Part shown: one piece after another, positions 29,876-32,000 of the stretch
How the letters are laid out: the number at the start of each line of letters is the position of its first letter
Numbering within the stretch: the stretch's first letter is position 1
Origin: Clostridia bacterium
GTDB taxonomy: Bacteria > Bacillota > Clostridia > Monoglobales > Monoglobaceae
Direction: 5' to 3'
Length of the DNA: 32,000 bases
Assembly: GCA_045576075.1 (NCBI GenBank)
Contig: JAZNFQ010000031.1
Span: forward strand, 4,257 to 36,256
Notes under the pieces: model-generated
Seen by the model: only the letters and a program-made list of their open reading frames with translations
Databases searched by the model: none
Told to the model about the DNA's origin: nothing
Program-made: the position numbers and the translations under genes

Positions 29876-30805
29876 ATGAGTCTTAAGCATTTTATAAGCA
29901 TACACGATATTACGGTTGATGAATTTCATCACCTTCTTGATTTGGGCGCAAAGCTGAAGGCAGAGCAAAAGGCGGGGATTGAACACCCCATTTTAAAGGG
30001 TAAGGTTCTCGGGATGATTTTTACAAAATCATCAACCCGCACAAGAGTATCCTTTGAAACGGGAATGTATCAGCTTGGCGGATATCCGATATTCTTAAGC
30101 TCTAACGATATTCAGCTTGGAAGAGGCGAGAGCATTTATGATACCGCCAATGTTATGAGCAGATTTGTAGACGGAATAATGATAAGAACATATGCGCATC
30201 AGGATGTACTTGACCTTGCTGAGTTTGGAAGTGTACCCGTTATAAACGGACTTACTGACCTTTTGCATCCGTGTCAGGTTATGGCGGATATGATGACTAT
30301 TTATGAGCACAAAGGAAGACTTGAGGGCTTGAAGATGGCATACATCGGTGACGGAAACAATATGACCCACTCACTCCTTTACGGCTGTGCAAAGGCAGGA
30401 ATGGATATAGCCGTTGCAACACCCAAGGGGTATGAGCCAAACGCCGAAATTGTCGAAACTGCCAAAGAGGACGCAAAGCTGACAGGAAGCAATATCACAA
30501 TCACATATGACCCGATTGAAGCAATGAGCGGTGCAGATGTTGTTTGCACAGACACTTGGGTAAGTATGGGACAAGAGGCAGAGAAGGCAGAGCGTATCAA
30601 AATCTTTAAGGATTATCAGATAAACGCGGATTTATTTGCAAAATCAAAAGAGGACAGTATATTTATTCATTGCCTGCCCGCATACCGCGGATATGAGGTT
30701 ACAGAGGATGTAATCGACGGACCCCGCTCGGTAATATTTGACGAGGCAGAAAACCGACTCCATGCTCAAAAGGCAGTCCTTGCGGCTGTAATGGGTAATC
30801 GGTAA
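29876..30805 (+). CDS. argF: Ornithine carbamoyltransferase
   Basis: 309 aa. The STRTR, HPCQ, DTWVSMG and HCLP motifs are present. Confidence 0.95.
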   Translation: MSLKHFISIHDITVDEFHHLLDLGAKLKAEQKAGIEHPILKGKVLGMIFTKSSTRTRVSFETGMYQLGGYPIFLSSNDIQLGRGESIYDTANVMSRFVDGIMIRTYAHQDVLDLAEFGSVPVINGLTDLLHPCQVMADMMTIYEHKGRLEGLKMAYIGDGNNMTHSLLYGCAKAGMDIAVATPKGYEPNAEIVETAKEDAKLTGSNITITYDPIEAMSGADVVCTDTWVSMGQEAEKAERIKIFKDYQINADLFAKSKEDSIFIHCLPAYRGYEVTEDVIDGPRSVIFDEAENRLHAQKAVLAAVMGNR

Positions 30806-30821
30806 GAAAGGACGGATATAT

Positions 30822-31301
30822 ATGGAAAACCTTTATGCTTTTGAAGTTAAAGTCGCAACCGAAGAAGATATTCCCGCAATACACAAAATTACACGTCATG
30901 CTTTTATTAAATATTGCGAGGATGCAGGACTTGACTTTGACATCGCCGCACTTAACGAAACGTATGATGATATAAAACGTGATATTGAAACAAAAGACGT
31001 TTTTGTGGTAAGAAAAGATGATGAGCCTGTAGGAGCGGTGAGAGTGGAAATTCTGGATAACAATGAGGCGTATTTGAGCCGCTTTGCCGTTGATGACTCT
31101 CACAGAAACAGCGGTATCGGGAAAATTCTTATGAGCGTTGTTGATAAAATTATGAAACAGCACGGGGTTAAGCTTTTGCGGCTCCATACCTGCTCTAAGG
31201 TAACAGCACTTATCAGATTTTACTACGGCAGAGGGTTTTATATCTCGAGTGTAGACTACAGCAGAGGGTATCCCAGAGCAGAACTTATAAAGGAATATTA
31301 A
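30822..31301 (+). CDS. GNAT-family N-acetyltransferase
   Basis: 159 aa. The acetyl-CoA binding motif A reads RFAVDDSHRNSGIGKILM. Confidence 0.8.
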   Translation: MENLYAFEVKVATEEDIPAIHKITRHAFIKYCEDAGLDFDIAALNETYDDIKRDIETKDVFVVRKDDEPVGAVRVEILDNNEAYLSRFAVDDSHRNSGIGKILMSVVDKIMKQHGVKLLRLHTCSKVTALIRFYYGRGFYISSVDYSRGYPRAELIKEY

Positions 31302-31318
31302 AGAAAGGATAGTCATAT

Positions 31319-32000
31319 ATGAAGATAAAACAGTTATTTATGACAGCGCAGGCAGACGGGACGCCTGTTGAGGTAAACGGTTGGGCAAGAACACTTCGCA
31401 TATCCAAAAATTTTGGATTTATTGAGCTTAACGATGGTTCATACTTCAAGAATTTACAGATTGTAATAGAAGAAGAAACTCTTTCTAACTTTAAAGAGGT
31501 TGCCAAGCTGAACGTTGGCTCGGCGCTCAGAGTAAAGGGTGTTTTGGTTTTGACGCCTGATGCAAAACAGCCGTTTGAGGTTAAGGCAACAAGCGTAGAG
31601 ATAGAAGGCGCAAGCACGCCTGATTATCCCCTCCAGAAAAAGCGTCATTCCTTTGAATATCTGCGCACAATTCCACATCTGCGTGCACGAACAAATACGT
31701 TTGCGGCAGTTTTCCGCGTTCGTTCGCTTATTGCATATGCAATCCACAAGTTCTTTAACGAGAGAGGCTTTGTATATGTTCATACCCCGCTGATAACGGG
31801 GAGTGACTGCGAGGGTGCAGGCGAGATGTTCAGGGTAACAACTCTTGATATGGACAACCTGCCAAGAACCGAAGAAGGTGCCATTGATTACAGCCGCGAC
31901 TTCTTCTCGCGCGAAACCTCGCTGACTGTAAGCGGACAGTTAGAGGGTGAGGATTTCTCTATGGCGTTTGGTGATATTTATACCTTTGGCCCGACCTTCC
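31319..32000 (+). CDS. asnS: Asparagine--tRNA ligase (partial; continues past the right edge)
   Basis: This gene is not in the ORF track because it is truncated by the window edge. My manual translation from ATG 31319 gives [49 protein letters not shown]...[13 protein letters not shown]...[22 protein letters not shown]...TVSGQLEGE...IYTFGPTF. That is the OB-fold plus class II motifs of AsnRS. Confidence 0.93.
   Translation, partial: MKIKQLFMTAQADGTPVEVNGWARTLRISKNFGFIELNDGSYFKNLQIVIEEETLSNFKEVAKLNVGSALRVKGVLVLTPDAKQPFEVKATSVEIEGASTPDYPLQKKRHSFEYLRTIPHLRARTNTFAAVFRVRSLIAYAIHKFFNERGFVYVHTPLITGSDCEGAGEMFRVTTLDMDNLPRTEEGAIDYSRDFFSRETSLTVSGQLEGEDFSMAFGDIYTFGPTF

Noticed and set aside
30699-31316. 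A 205-aa minus-strand ORF opposite the GNAT gene
   Set aside because: It is a shadow ORF. It overlaps argF and the GNAT gene, both of which have clear family motifs. It has no SD and its sequence is not protein-like.
1-32000. CRISPR arrays, tRNA/rRNA genes, IS elements and toxin-antitoxin pairs
   Set aside because: Scanning the intergenic regions showed no regularly spaced repeats, no cloverleaf-like GC-rich segments of about 75 nt, no transposase or integrase ORFs and no small two-gene TA-like pairs.

Overview
This is a chromosomal window that looks like a Clostridia-type Firmicute. The evidence is a B. subtilis-style DnaB/DnaD-family protein plus a DnaI/DnaC-like loader, an SLH-domain wall protein, PPDK, and strong GGAGG Shine-Dalgarno sites. 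It is centred on dnaA and is mostly well-recognisable housekeeping genes. From left to right: a partial LysR regulator, xth, mreB, a Dabb protein, an M14 peptidase, a DnaI/DnaC-like loader, a DnaD-domain protein, mnmE, dnaA, gltX, a MetRS-like ligase, mtnN, nadE, a YhhQ-type transporter, mtaB, an HPr-like protein, tadA, ppdK, a GHL10+SLH protein, malic enzyme, an Ldh_2-family dehydrogenase, argD, argF, a GNAT and partial asnS. I saw no rRNA, tRNA, CRISPR array, transposase or integrase. The stretch that ordinary annotation does not explain is 5923-8746 on the minus strand. It is a tightly packed, clearly AT-richer four-gene cassette lying between mnmE and the DnaD/DnaI genes. All four products are membrane proteins with cytoplasmic CxxC-x10-CxxC zinc ribbons, five ribbons in total. 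Two of them also have sizeable extracytoplasmic domains. The genes are joined by a repeated junction module, and two of them share a 69-bp stretch that is 100% identical. This is my best candidate for an undescribed system, but its function cannot be read from the sequence. Secondary observations are: a non-canonical dnaA neighbourhood (no dnaN, one near-consensus DnaA box, a 26-bp perfect palindrome); a MetRS-like enzyme with KASSS in place of KMSKS; an HPr-like protein with no active-site His; an Ldh_2/malic-enzyme operon with a terminator-like leader; and a stand-alone GNAT in the arg cluster. All homology calls are by-eye motif recognition and no searches were run.
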